Below are positions 37,535 through 47,641 of a stretch of DNA of 64,000 nucleotides, one piece after another. Within the stretch, counting starts at the first letter, position 1; each line of letters starts with the position of its first letter. The stretch is from an archaeon. Lineage in GTDB: Archaea > Asgardarchaeota > Thorarchaeia > Thorarchaeales > Thorarchaeaceae. Below the pieces are notes generated by a model, which made no database searches, was not told where the DNA came from, and was given only the letters and a program-made list of their open reading frames with translations. A program made the translations under genes and the position numbers. Location: NCBI GenBank assembly GCA_024276825.1, contig JAJRWI010000053.1, positions 12,404 through 76,403 of the forward strand, read 5' to 3'.

Positions 37535-38560
37535 TTAGAAGAACTCGCTGAGTGAACTCTGATACATTGACTTGTCAAAGGCATCAAGCAAACGTTGAGT
37601 CGCCCTGTTCACACGTTCTTCACCAAAATCATGTTGTGTGCAGAGAATATCAAATATAGTGTCAGGTTGTGGCTCGGGCCATTTGATGGGATCAATCTCA
37701 ATAGTTGGTGGTTCTAGGAATATTTTTCGAATCTCATTGTATGGAAAATCAAGCACTATGCCCTTTTCAACCACTATTTTCTCAATAGATCCATATTGCT
37801 TCATCAGTTTCAGAGCCGTCTTTGGTCCAATCCCCTTGATTCGTGCATTATAGTCAGTTCCAATGAGAATTGCAATGTCAACCAATTGTTCACGGGTCAA
37901 GCCCAGCCTTTTCAGATTTGTTGTCAATTCTATGAGCTCTGGATGTATTGTCTTGTATGACCTTGATCTTGCTACTCTACGACGACCAGTAATAGAAAGA
38001 TTTCGAACCATACGGGGGCAGTCATACAGCAGCGAGTCAAAGTCTTGACTTGCACTAGCCCAGACAATACCTTCCTTAGCCATCTGGGCAGCCAATGCCT
38101 CTCCTTCAGATGGGGCTTGAATCACAGGGATGCCCATGGCAGTGAGAAGTTCTTTGCTCTCCTGAATTATCTCATCAGTGAGCTTTGAGCTTGCTTGAGC
38201 AGCCCGGCGCGCATCCTCAATACGACCCTCCTCCAATGCAAGTTCCCACTTGGCCCGTGCGTCTTCACGTTTCTTGCGTCTTCTCTCAATCTCTTTGGAT
38301 TTCAATTCATGGGGTTCACCATCGAACACGTAAACCAAACGTATTCCATGTTCAATTAGGTTGGTGTTTCGATAGAACAGACCACTTAGATGGCTTGTGA
38401 GGCGACCAGACCGATCCTTCAAAGGGGTACCATCAGGCTGTCTAATGATTGCTAAGAATTGATAGAGTGTGTTGAAAGCATCAATTGCAATAGACTTGTT
38501 ATTCAGATCAGTCAATGAGATAACTTCTGATTCGATTATATCACCAAGTTGAGTTCCCAT
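37535..38560 (-). CDS. fen: Flap endonuclease 1
   Basis: AIDAFNTLYQF, TSHLSG, APSEGEA, GTDYN, PIP box QSSLSEFF. Confidence 0.97.
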   Translation of the reverse strand: MGTQLGDIIESEVISLTDLNNKSIAIDAFNTLYQFLAIIRQPDGTPLKDRSGRLTSHLSGLFYRNTNLIEHGIRLVYVFDGEPHELKSKEIERRRKKREDARAKWELALEEGRIEDARRAAQASSKLTDEIIQESKELLTAMGIPVIQAPSEGEALAAQMAKEGIVWASASQDFDSLLYDCPRMVRNLSITGRRRVARSRSYKTIHPELIELTTNLKRLGLTREQLVDIAILIGTDYNARIKGIGPKTALKLMKQYGSIEKIVVEKGIVLDFPYNEIRKIFLEPPTIEIDPIKWPEPQPDTIFDILCTQHDFGEERVNRATQRLLDAFDKSMYQSSLSEFF

Positions 38561-38723
38561 CAGCGTCACCTCTTGTCTGACAATATGATTCTAACACAAA
38601 TCGCATATAAATTGGCACGAAGAATAAGACTAGTTTCTGTTGTCCATCTACGCTTCGGTATCTTTATAATGGCTCATTAGTGGGCATGAGATGCTCCTAA
38701 TCCACTTAGATTGGTGATTATCT

Positions 38724-38897
38724 GTGACAATTAAAGCAATTAGATGTACATCATGTCATTGTTCAATCTCGCCGCAGGAGAACAGTGTGAAGTTTCAATG
38801 CCCCTCCTGTGGAGCATTTACCATCTGGCGATGTGAAAAGTGTAGACTGTTTTCTAACAAATATACATGCCAGAACTGTGGTTTCGAGGGGCCATAA
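38724..38897 (+). CDS. Small multi-CxxC zinc-finger protein (DUF1610/HVO_2753-like, 57 aa)
   Basis: Not in ORF track. MTIKAIRCTSC...FQCPSCG..IWRCEKCR..YTCQNCGFEGP; conserved position before aEF-1beta. Confidence 0.9.
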   Translation: MTIKAIRCTSCHCSISPQENSVKFQCPSCGAFTIWRCEKCRLFSNKYTCQNCGFEGP

Positions 38898-38916
38898 ATT
38901 CAAAGAGGTGTATCAG

Positions 38917-39183
38917 TTGGCCAGAGTTATAATTACACTGAGGATTATGCCAGAGGATGTCGATGTTGACCTTGAGGAGCTAATTGAAAAGATTAAAGGA
39001 GCAGTGCCCGAGGGGACTGATGTAAGGGCCAATGAGATCGTACCAATTGCATTTGGTCTGAAGGCCATTAGGATGAATGTTGCAAGAGACGAGTCACTTG
39101 GGGGCCCTAATGACATCGAGGCCGCTATCATGGCTATTGAAGGAGTGGCTCAGGTAGAAGTTGAGATGTTATCTAGAATGTGA
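38917..39183 (+). CDS. ef1b: Elongation factor aEF-1beta
   Basis: IMPEDVDVDL, PIAFGLKAI, IEGVAQVEV; TTG start after SD GAGGTG. Confidence 0.94.
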   Translation: MARVIITLRIMPEDVDVDLEELIEKIKGAVPEGTDVRANEIVPIAFGLKAIRMNVARDESLGGPNDIEAAIMAIEGVAQVEVEMLSRM

Positions 39184-39300
39184 TGACTCTTACGCGCCAA
39201 TTCTGCCCATTCTTGGACGATAATTAGATTAAAGGAAGCCTACATCACTGCAAGTCTAAAAAGTATTAAGCCATTTCGAAGACCTTAAAGACATTCATAC

Positions 39301-39319
39301 TGACAATAGTTCATTGTCA
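39301..39319. promoter_or_regulatory. Inverted repeat TGACAAT-N5-ATTGTCA upstream of cdc48
   Basis: Perfect 7-bp arms, about 30 nt after TATA-like TATTAAG. Confidence 0.4.
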
Positions 39320-39405
39320 AAGAGGTTTTGAATCTTAAAGAAAACTACCAATAAATTCAAACTCACTCATAGACCAAATGGAAACATGGAGGCTGGTTTG
39401 AGGTA

Positions 39406-41598
39406 TTGACGGAAATTATTCTTAAGGTCGCAGAGGCCGAACATAGAGACATTGGAAGGTATATAGTCAGAATTGACACCATATCAATGGAGAAGCTTGG
39501 AGTCAGAACAGGCGATATTGTACAAATCAAGGGAAAGAGAACTACTGCTGCAATCGCATGGCCAGCATATCAAGGGGATAAGGGAAAGGACATCATCAGA
39601 ATGGATGGTAGAATAAGAAGAAATGCAGGAGTCAGTCTTAGTGAGAAAGTCATAGTCACAAAAGCCAACGAGGACCCAGCAAGAAATATCACTCTGGCAC
39701 CGACCTCTGTTCCAATCAAGCCAGAACCAAGGTTTGAAGAGTTTGTAAAGAGAAAGCTGCTCAATTGCCCAGTGACCCTTCATGATACTGTCTTCATCCC
39801 CATTCTTGGCAGAGCAATTCCATTCAAGGTCACTTCTATCAAACCATCGGGAACTGTTGTTGTCCAGCATTCAACCATCCTGACTATTGCTGAGAAGGTC
39901 ACTGGGGACATTGCAGGTACATCACAGGTCACATATGAAGAAATAGGTGGATTGTCGGAACAGATTCAGAGAATACGGGAGATGGTAGAACTCCCCATGA
40001 GGCATCCCGAGCTTTTCAAGCGACTTGGAATTGATCCCCCACGTGGACTGATTCTTCATGGCCCACCCGGAACTGGGAAGACGCTCATGGCCAAAGCAGT
40101 CGCCAACGAGTCTGAGGCTCATTTTATACACATAAACGGACCGGAGATCATGTCAAAGTTCTATGGCGAGTCTGAACAAAAGTTGAGAAAGATCTTCGAA
40201 GACGCTGAGAACAACGCCCCAAGCATTCTCTTCATAGATGAGCTTGATGCTATTGCTCCCAAACGAGAGGATGTACAGGGTGAGGTTGAACGAAGAGTTG
40301 TGGCTCAACTGCTCGCAATCATGGATGGATTAAAGGGACGAGGAGAAGTAATTGTAATAGGAGCGACAAACCGAGTCAATGCCCTTGACCCAGCCCTCCG
40401 AAGGCCTGGCCGCTTTGATAGAGAGATTGAGATTGGAGTACCAGATGAGAAGGGAAGGTATGAAATCCTTCAGATTCACTCAAGAGGAATGCCTCTCACA
40501 GCGGAAGGTAGTGGAAAGGTGGACTTGCAGCACTTGGCCAAGATAACACATGGGTTTGTTGGAGCAGACTTGCATGCATTATGTCGTGAGGCTGCAATGA
40601 AAGCTCTTAGGCGGTATCTACCAGAGATCAATTTGGATGAGGAAGAGATACCTCAAGAGGTCCTCGAGAAACTAGAGGTCAACAATGATGATTTCTTAGG
40701 CGCCCTACGTGAGATACAGCCCTCGGCAATCAGAGAGGTCTTCATTGAGATTCCTGATGTTCACTGGGATGACATAGGCGGGCTTGAACAGGCAAAGCAA
40801 GAGCTCATTGAGGTTGTTGAATGGCCCCTAAGAAAACCTGAGGCATTCAAGAGAGTTGGAATCACACCCCCCAAAGGAGTTCTGATCTTCGGACCACCTG
40901 GCTGTGGAAAAACCCTGATGGCCAGGGCGGTAGCCACCGAGAGCGAGGCCAACTTTATCAGCGTCAAGGGGCCAGAGCTATTGTCAAAGTGGGTTGGGGA
41001 GAGTGAGAAGGCCATTCGCGAGGTGTTTCGAAAGGCTCGTACCGCGGCCCCTGCCATGGTGTTCTTTGATGAGATTGATGCTATTGCCCCCATAAGAGGC
41101 CGAAGTATTGGCGACAGTCATGTCACTGAGAGAGTGATAAGTCAGCTGCTGACAGAGATGGATGGGCTCGAGTCAATGAAAGACGTTGTTGTTCTTGCAG
41201 CCACAAATCGGCCAGAACTTCTTGACAGAGCATTATTGCGAAGCGGAAGGTTTGATAGATTTGTCTATATTGCCCCACCTGATGCTGCCAGCAGGAAAGA
41301 GATATTCAAGATATACACCGCAAAAATGCCGCTTGCTGATGATGTCAACATCGATGAATTAGTACAAAAGACCGAATACTACGTTGGTGGAGATATTGAG
41401 GGGCTATGCAGGGAGGCAGGCATGCTTGCTCTTAGAGAGAGTCTTGATGCGGATATGGTATATATGCGACACTTTTTAGCTGCTTTGAAGTCTATTCATC
41501 CATCAGTCACAAAAGAAGTGCTTCAACACTATGAGCGAATGAATGCCGAACTTAGACAGACCTCAGAGATAGGTTCTGAGAGACCAGGAGTGATCTAG
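39406..41598 (+). CDS. cdc48: Cdc48/VAT AAA+ ATPase
   Basis: N domain plus two AAA modules ([33 protein letters not shown]). Confidence 0.97.
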   Translation: MTEIILKVAEAEHRDIGRYIVRIDTISMEKLGVRTGDIVQIKGKRTTAAIAWPAYQGDKGKDIIRMDGRIRRNAGVSLSEKVIVTKANEDPARNITLAPTSVPIKPEPRFEEFVKRKLLNCPVTLHDTVFIPILGRAIPFKVTSIKPSGTVVVQHSTILTIAEKVTGDIAGTSQVTYEEIGGLSEQIQRIREMVELPMRHPELFKRLGIDPPRGLILHGPPGTGKTLMAKAVANESEAHFIHINGPEIMSKFYGESEQKLRKIFEDAENNAPSILFIDELDAIAPKREDVQGEVERRVVAQLLAIMDGLKGRGEVIVIGATNRVNALDPALRRPGRFDREIEIGVPDEKGRYEILQIHSRGMPLTAEGSGKVDLQHLAKITHGFVGADLHALCREAAMKALRRYLPEINLDEEEIPQEVLEKLEVNNDDFLGALREIQPSAIREVFIEIPDVHWDDIGGLEQAKQELIEVVEWPLRKPEAFKRVGITPPKGVLIFGPPGCGKTLMARAVATESEANFISVKGPELLSKWVGESEKAIREVFRKARTAAPAMVFFDEIDAIAPIRGRSIGDSHVTERVISQLLTEMDGLESMKDVVVLAATNRPELLDRALLRSGRFDRFVYIAPPDAASRKEIFKIYTAKMPLADDVNIDELVQKTEYYVGGDIEGLCREAGMLALRESLDADMVYMRHFLAALKSIHPSVTKEVLQHYERMNAELRQTSEIGSERPGVI

Positions 41599-41616
41599 TC
41601 GTTAGAGGTAATAACT

Positions 41617-41877
41617 ATGGCACCATGGAATGCATTACCATTGAGAAATGTGATAGTGTCCATTATTCAGAAAAGGCATGGCGTAATTCTTGATGATGAG
41701 CTTGTTAGAATACTAAAAAAGCAGATGGGCTCTGAACCTAGTGACGCAGAGCTGAATCGGGCATTGATGCAACTGGAGATAAATGGAATTGTCCATGTGA
41801 GTCAGATCACAAAGACAAAAAGGCGTATCGAGGTAATAGAAGAGGGACTGGAATTCCTTGCAGTTGACGAGGACTGA
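41617..41877 (+). CDS. Small winged-helix-like protein downstream of cdc48
   Basis: Helix pattern ELNRALMQLEINGIVHV followed by a beta-hairpin; SD GAGGT. Confidence 0.7.
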   Translation: MAPWNALPLRNVIVSIIQKRHGVILDDELVRILKKQMGSEPSDAELNRALMQLEINGIVHVSQITKTKRRIEVIEEGLEFLAVDED

Positions 41878-41894
41878 GTAAGGGGCAGTCGGAT

Positions 41895-42356
41895 ATGCCG
41901 GGCAAAAGAGTGCTTGTAGCAGGTAAGTTTGACATTCTTCATTTAGGTCATATTGCATACCTCGAACAGGCGAGAGAGTTAGCAGGCGCAGATGGGGAGG
42001 TCATTGTGGTTATTGCAAGAGATAATACCATTTTGAAGGAGAGAGGTGCACCTCCAGTTTTCCCTGCCGAACAACGCAAGAAGATTGTAGAGTCTCTCAA
42101 GATGGTTGATAGAGCAATTGTTGGATATGACACAGATGACCAATCAAGAGTTGTGATTGATATCAAACCAGATATATTGGCATTGGGCTACGATCAAAAG
42201 GCCAACATAGAGAGGATTCAGGGCGAGTGCAAAAGGAGAGGACTGACAACTGAAATTGTCAGACTTGAGAAGAAAGATGCAGATGGTCTCTGCTCTTCAA
42301 CATTGATCAGGAAGAGGATTATTGACTTCTATCGTGAGAATGGGACTGCAAGATGA
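41895..42356 (+). CDS. ribL: Archaeal FAD synthetase (cytidylyltransferase fold)
   Basis: AGKFDILHLGH, VIARD, PDILALGYDQ, CSST. Confidence 0.85.
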   Translation: MPGKRVLVAGKFDILHLGHIAYLEQARELAGADGEVIVVIARDNTILKERGAPPVFPAEQRKKIVESLKMVDRAIVGYDTDDQSRVVIDIKPDILALGYDQKANIERIQGECKRRGLTTEIVRLEKKDADGLCSSTLIRKRIIDFYRENGTAR

Positions 42357-42362
42357 ACATTT

Positions 42363-43703
42363 TTAGAATATCAATTCACCCCGGGCTTCTGCCTCTTTGA
42401 TCAATCGCATCTTTTGTTCTCTTCGCTCAAACAGTTTTTTCCAAATGACATAGGCAATGAATACAAGCACTGCCAGAAAGCCAAATCCCAGAATTGTCAG
42501 CCAGCCATGTGGGAAGTGTATCAGAAAGTCTGGGAGTGGGCCACTGATGAAGTATGGCCAGTTGCAGACAACTCCAAAGGCGTATAGGAAGCCAATCACA
42601 GTCAGTTCTTTGAGATATCCAACTGCATGTTCATCCTTCTCAAAGAACATTATCATGGGTCCTAGCCAGAAAAGATACCAAGGCATGACCCATTGGAAAG
42701 CAAATAACATGGATGGCAATAGATAGACATACAATGGCTTCAAGAGGTTTATCTTTTCACGAAAGTTGGCAGACGTGAATTCGGCCTTCTTTGGAAAATA
42801 GAGCGGGACAGTATATAGCATAAATGCTACATATATTGCCAGAGGTATCAATGCGGGAGCCCACATATATGATGATGTGGTGGGCGATACAGGGTCTGGA
42901 GTGCCAAAGAATAATCCGGGATACAGGGGATTCACTGGGTAGGGGGAGTATTCAGTTGAGTTTACGAAATGCCCCATCAGCGAGTTAAAGCTTGCACCCA
43001 AGAATGCAAATGGGATAACTGTCAGTAGTGTGGAAACAAAGAACCAGAAAATGGAAATAGGTGCCTCAATGAATAGGAGAGGTAGGGCAACTGCAGAGTA
43101 TATCTTTGTTTGTATTGACAGTCCAAGTACAAACATGGACTTACCCATCTGGCCCTCCTTTCTCAATACAAGTGCCATCAGGAACAGGCAGTCAACAATG
43201 GGTTCTAACTTGCCACCGCCAGCGGACATGATCAACCCATATACATAGTATCCAGCAAAGAACATTCTTGCCCAGTTGGTAGTGTAAATCTTATCACGGA
43301 GTAATATGGCTATCAATGCTAGGTTTAAGTTGAACACAAGAACGAGTATGAAATTGACCCATAGATGTTGCAGCCCATGCACGCCTGGAAACAGCCCTGT
43401 AGCTATTGCAAAGAATATCAGACCAAAGACGGGATACTCATAGGTTATGTTTCCCAGATATTCTGGAAGTGTGTGATAACCATCATTCCATTCACCACCC
43501 ATTGCCTGTGCGAGGTCGTGATCAGTCCAATTATAGACATTGAACCCATAGATCCAGAATGCCTCTCCGTACATCTCATTTCGGTTTCTATCACGCTCAA
43601 TTACAAAAAAGTCGGCTATAGGGATTGCAAGCATAGATATTACTAGACTCAGCACGAAGTACTTTCGAAACTCGTATATCTTGAATGATATCGCACTGAG
43701 CAT
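42363..43703 (-). CDS. Polytopic GT-C-fold glycosyltransferase (GT87/PIG-M-like)
   Basis: About 11 TM segments, YEYP in the first external loop, GLSIQTKIY, PWYLFW. Confidence 0.6.
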   Translation of the reverse strand: MLSAISFKIYEFRKYFVLSLVISMLAIPIADFFVIERDRNRNEMYGEAFWIYGFNVYNWTDHDLAQAMGGEWNDGYHTLPEYLGNITYEYPVFGLIFFAIATGLFPGVHGLQHLWVNFILVLVFNLNLALIAILLRDKIYTTNWARMFFAGYYVYGLIMSAGGGKLEPIVDCLFLMALVLRKEGQMGKSMFVLGLSIQTKIYSAVALPLLFIEAPISIFWFFVSTLLTVIPFAFLGASFNSLMGHFVNSTEYSPYPVNPLYPGLFFGTPDPVSPTTSSYMWAPALIPLAIYVAFMLYTVPLYFPKKAEFTSANFREKINLLKPLYVYLLPSMLFAFQWVMPWYLFWLGPMIMFFEKDEHAVGYLKELTVIGFLYAFGVVCNWPYFISGPLPDFLIHFPHGWLTILGFGFLAVLVFIAYVIWKKLFERREQKMRLIKEAEARGELIF

Positions 43704-43809
43704 GTTTCTTGCATCCCATATTTTTCTCAGATTGATTGGGCTTTATTCGACTGATGTCAGTAATTAAGCTTCTGGATGAAAATGATAATCAGCTGATGTT
43801 TTTAGTGCT

Positions 43810-45777
43810 TTACTCAAGATATGTGGGGCAAGGCCAGCGGTCACACTTCAGACAACGAGTACATAACTCAGAATCCACTGCTATTTTGTTGTTATCAAGG
43901 GAGAGAGCATTCTGTGAGCACTTGGGAATACAGGAACCACATCCTTGACAGAATAGAGACCTTCTAACTGCATGTTCGATCTGTCCTGCAATCTTCTCAA
44001 TCCTAGATGGGTCCTCGCCTCGAATCACTAGAGAACCAGAACTGAAGAGGATTATTGAATACCCATTGCCCTTGACTCTTATGGCGCCAAGTTCTTCAGA
44101 CACCTTTGATTTGCCAAAGATATGCATAATATCAGCGATTCTAGTCAAGTCTAAGCCCATTGAGAATTGGCCCTCAAGACTGTAGGCAGCAGCCTTGCAT
44201 GGGGAAACTCCCTTTGCAATAGACAGTTGCAGTTGACCTTCTACACCCTGTCGTACTGGGCGAATCTCCAGTCCAAGCTGAGCTGCTAGGTTCTGTTGGC
44301 CCCCAGGCAGATGTTTCCATCTCCAAAAGCCATAGTCAATCCATTCTTGAGGGAACTCATGGGATCTTGCCCATTCGGAGAGCGTGTTTATCCATCTATT
44401 ATACAGTTCTGGATGAGTATTCTGTATGCGCTCAATCTCAGCAAGGGGAGATGAAGGACACAGATAGCAACCCATGCGTGTATAGCCGCTGTTGTATAGG
44501 GGGTTGTAAGCCTCGCCTTCTTTGAATATATACAGCCACACTTCCAGTGCATTCCAGTTTTGAATTGGGTTTGCAGAGAGCTGTCCCTGAACCCATGGAT
44601 TTCTAGTCACTCTTGGTTCTATTGAGCGTTGGAATGACTCCAGCTTTCTCTGACCCATGAATGTGAGTACTTCTCCCCCAAGAATCTCAGCGATTGATGC
44701 TGATGCAGGCCCAAGTTTGAGGACTTTGCAGCACCATCGAAAATCACGAGCAGGAGGGCCGAATTCTTGCAGGGAGTCCCAGAATTGGTCACCAGCATCA
44801 TAACCAATGATCTCAGCATCATGCTTCTCTGCAAATTCATAAACATGCTGAACGGTTTCGGGAAACTCAATGCCCGTGTTCATGAAGAATATCTTTGGAC
44901 TTTCTTCAGTTGCCTTTTCTACAAGAAGGTACACAACAAGCGAGTCCTTGCCACCGCTGAAACCAACTACAACAGGCAGATTGTATCTATTGATCAACCT
45001 CTTAATGAATCCAATGGATTCATCTTCTATCTTTTGAAGATGGTTTATATTCGCCTTTACTGCATCATCCCAACTCGCCAATCTTGGGTTTATTGACGGC
45101 GGTCTTGGGGCATCCACTTCACGTATCTTGACTGCATATCCCTTCTCTTCACGAGCCATCTCACTGCCGCTCATCCTTGCAATTCCTACGCCAAATACAG
45201 TCCCAGACGAGTCGATCAACCAGACCTCGTCATTCACCTGAATATCAGAGTCACAGCCAGCAATGCCAGGAACCATGAGGTTGACTCCCTTTTTCAAATA
45301 CGGCAGCACCTCATTGTGACAAGACACCCACTTTCGTTTACTGACTTGACTAAGTCTTCTTCCGCCCTCCAGCGAGAGAATGAACTTGTAATTTAGGGAT
45401 TTAATATCATATCGAAGCTTGCCTATGATGTGTCCGTCCACCACCACTTCAAACATAACATCTAGGGAGGACACTTTGTTGAACACTATGGTCTTATCAT
45501 GTGGTAGGATGTGTTGCCCTATCCCTTGACCAAATTGTGAGTCAATTGCATCAACCGCTTTGGAAATGTGACCATACATGGCAGGAAACGGATCGCCGGG
45601 AGGTGAGAGTTCCACCTTTCGGGACTTTGAACCGCAGACAGCACATTGAGTTTCATCAACAAGAGGAACATTGCAATGGTCACACCAGTAGAGTCGTATC
45701 CTTGCAAGATATGGAGCATGGCCTCTTCGGAACTTTCTACGACCTCTACCTTTTCGTGCCAGTTCTATCGACTCCAA
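43810..45777 (-). CDS. PUA + PAPS-reductase-family + 4Fe-4S dicluster protein
   Basis: N-terminal CDHC/CAVC, PUA (NLMVPGI), SGGKDS PP-loop, RWCCKVLK, RMGCYLCP, C-terminal ferredoxin Cys motifs. Confidence 0.88.
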   Translation of the reverse strand: MESIELARKGRGRRKFRRGHAPYLARIRLYWCDHCNVPLVDETQCAVCGSKSRKVELSPPGDPFPAMYGHISKAVDAIDSQFGQGIGQHILPHDKTIVFNKVSSLDVMFEVVVDGHIIGKLRYDIKSLNYKFILSLEGGRRLSQVSKRKWVSCHNEVLPYLKKGVNLMVPGIAGCDSDIQVNDEVWLIDSSGTVFGVGIARMSGSEMAREEKGYAVKIREVDAPRPPSINPRLASWDDAVKANINHLQKIEDESIGFIKRLINRYNLPVVVGFSGGKDSLVVYLLVEKATEESPKIFFMNTGIEFPETVQHVYEFAEKHDAEIIGYDAGDQFWDSLQEFGPPARDFRWCCKVLKLGPASASIAEILGGEVLTFMGQRKLESFQRSIEPRVTRNPWVQGQLSANPIQNWNALEVWLYIFKEGEAYNPLYNSGYTRMGCYLCPSSPLAEIERIQNTHPELYNRWINTLSEWARSHEFPQEWIDYGFWRWKHLPGGQQNLAAQLGLEIRPVRQGVEGQLQLSIAKGVSPCKAAAYSLEGQFSMGLDLTRIADIMHIFGKSKVSEELGAIRVKGNGYSIILFSSGSLVIRGEDPSRIEKIAGQIEHAVRRSLFCQGCGSCIPKCSQNALSLDNNKIAVDSELCTRCLKCDRWPCPTYLE

Positions 45778-45856
45778 TACGCTCTATGTGCCTGACTTGA
45801 AGTTGATTTAATAACTACGTCGATAGGACTGTAGGCCTTCAAGTTGTCTAGAAACA

Positions 45857-47629
45857 TCATCCGATCTCTAATTCTGATATGAGGGCCTTTGTCGGTATGC
45901 CCTTCTCGTCCCATTTGCGAAGTTGGTAATACTTCGGAAGGAGTTCATCAAGATGAACAACACGGTTTCGGGACCCGCCCTCTGGGAGGGGCTTGAAGAA
46001 ACGTTTAGGAAGCCGGTCGTCAGCTGCAGTGAGTCCTTCGCGAACATTGAACAACCGCTCCAGAGTCCATATGCGCTCACCAATCTTAAGGAATTCGTCG
46101 CCACCGATTGGGATTCCCATAGCTGCACTTATCATATCAGCATAGTCATCAATCGTCCAAGCAAAGTTTGTAAATCTACAAACGACGAGAGAGTCCATTG
46201 CAGCCGAGAGGTTTTGGTACAATATCACAAGTTCTGGTTTTCCTTCAGTCCTGTCCCTATCAAGTCGAACGGGCGAGCCCATGACCTCTGGGCCTATCAT
46301 GTAAGAGCGTAGGTGACAGCCACCACGATTTGATGTCGCATAGCCCAATGCATGCCCCTGGGCTCCACGGGGATCATAAGCTGGAATCTCGAGACCTTTG
46401 ACATGCATTGATAATTCAGGTGCGCCGTGCTTCTCCGCTAGCGATCGAGACCCTTCGGCCAGTTCTGCACCCAGGCCCCGTTTATATGCAATTGCATCAA
46501 TCATATCGAGTAATCCTTCAATTTGGCCAAAGTGAAGTTGGGACTCCATAAGCCCCTTTTCAGTTAGTTCTATTGCACAACCGATTGTGCTTCCCACCGA
46601 GATTGTATCGAGACCATAGAGGTTACACTTATGATTTGCGAGTGTGATTGTTTCGAGGTCATTGATACCGCACTGCGGACCAAAAGCCCAGACGGTTTCA
46701 TACTCAGGTCCACCAATCTCAATATCATTCACTCGTGTGATGCGACCACATCCAATGGGACACCCATGACACCGATAAGTCTTGACCAGCAGTCGTTCGA
46801 GTATTTTTTCTCCAGATACGCCCTCCGCATCGTTGAATGTGCCTTCCTGAAAATTATGTGTGGGCAACATTCCAAACTCGTTTATGAGATTGACAAGAAC
46901 CGCAGTGCCATAAACAGGCAGTGCCTTGTTTGTGACTGGATTCTTCTTAATCAAAAGGCGTGCACGCTTCACCGCTGATTCCAGACTGTCTTCGTCAGAC
47001 ACACTGGGACTCTTTGATCCTTTTACTACTACGGCCTTAAGGCCCTTTGAGCCCATGACTGCACCAACACCACCACGACCCGCGGCTCGGTGCTTGTCAT
47101 TGATTATTGCTGCAAGCTTGACCCCATTCTCGCCAGCAGGGCCTATGCAGGCCACTTGTGCTTTGGGACCTGTTTCATCTAGAAGCCGATCAGTGGTTTC
47201 GTAGGTGTCAAGACCCCACAAGTGGGTTGCGTCTTTGATCTCAACCTTATCATCATCAATCCATAGGTATGCAGGCGTTGAAGACCTTCCATGAATCACT
47301 ATTGCGACATAACCAGCCTTTCTGAGTTGAGCGCCAAAGTACCCACCACAGTGAGAATCAAATATTGTGCCTGTGAGTGGAGATTTGGTGATTACTACAA
47401 AACGTCCAGCGGTTGGAACGGATGTTGCAGTGAGAGGACCAACTGCAAATATTAGTATATTATCGGGTGATAGAGGATCAACACCACTCTTTAGTTCATC
47501 ATAGATGAGTTTGACTCCAAGCCCACGACCACCTAGAAAGCGAAACATTATCTCTGGGGACAGATGTTCGGTCAAGGTCTTATTATCTGTAAGTGAAACA
47601 CGCAGAATTTTGAAGTTGAATTCAGACAT
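45857..47629 (-). CDS. aor: Aldehyde:ferredoxin oxidoreductase (W-containing AOR family)
   Basis: FLGGRG, TKSPLTG, AGRGGVGAVMGSK, CHGCPIGC, GPEYET, GLDTIS, YDPR. Confidence 0.93.
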   Translation of the reverse strand: MSEFNFKILRVSLTDNKTLTEHLSPEIMFRFLGGRGLGVKLIYDELKSGVDPLSPDNILIFAVGPLTATSVPTAGRFVVITKSPLTGTIFDSHCGGYFGAQLRKAGYVAIVIHGRSSTPAYLWIDDDKVEIKDATHLWGLDTYETTDRLLDETGPKAQVACIGPAGENGVKLAAIINDKHRAAGRGGVGAVMGSKGLKAVVVKGSKSPSVSDEDSLESAVKRARLLIKKNPVTNKALPVYGTAVLVNLINEFGMLPTHNFQEGTFNDAEGVSGEKILERLLVKTYRCHGCPIGCGRITRVNDIEIGGPEYETVWAFGPQCGINDLETITLANHKCNLYGLDTISVGSTIGCAIELTEKGLMESQLHFGQIEGLLDMIDAIAYKRGLGAELAEGSRSLAEKHGAPELSMHVKGLEIPAYDPRGAQGHALGYATSNRGGCHLRSYMIGPEVMGSPVRLDRDRTEGKPELVILYQNLSAAMDSLVVCRFTNFAWTIDDYADMISAAMGIPIGGDEFLKIGERIWTLERLFNVREGLTAADDRLPKRFFKPLPEGGSRNRVVHLDELLPKYYQLRKWDEKGIPTKALISELEIG

Positions 47630-47641
47630 GGCATTGACCTC

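Noticed and set aside
39180-39230. GTGATGA box-C-like motif at the aEF-1beta stop
   Set aside because: It is formed by the last codon plus tandem stops, and no box D (CTGA) occurs at the expected spacing.
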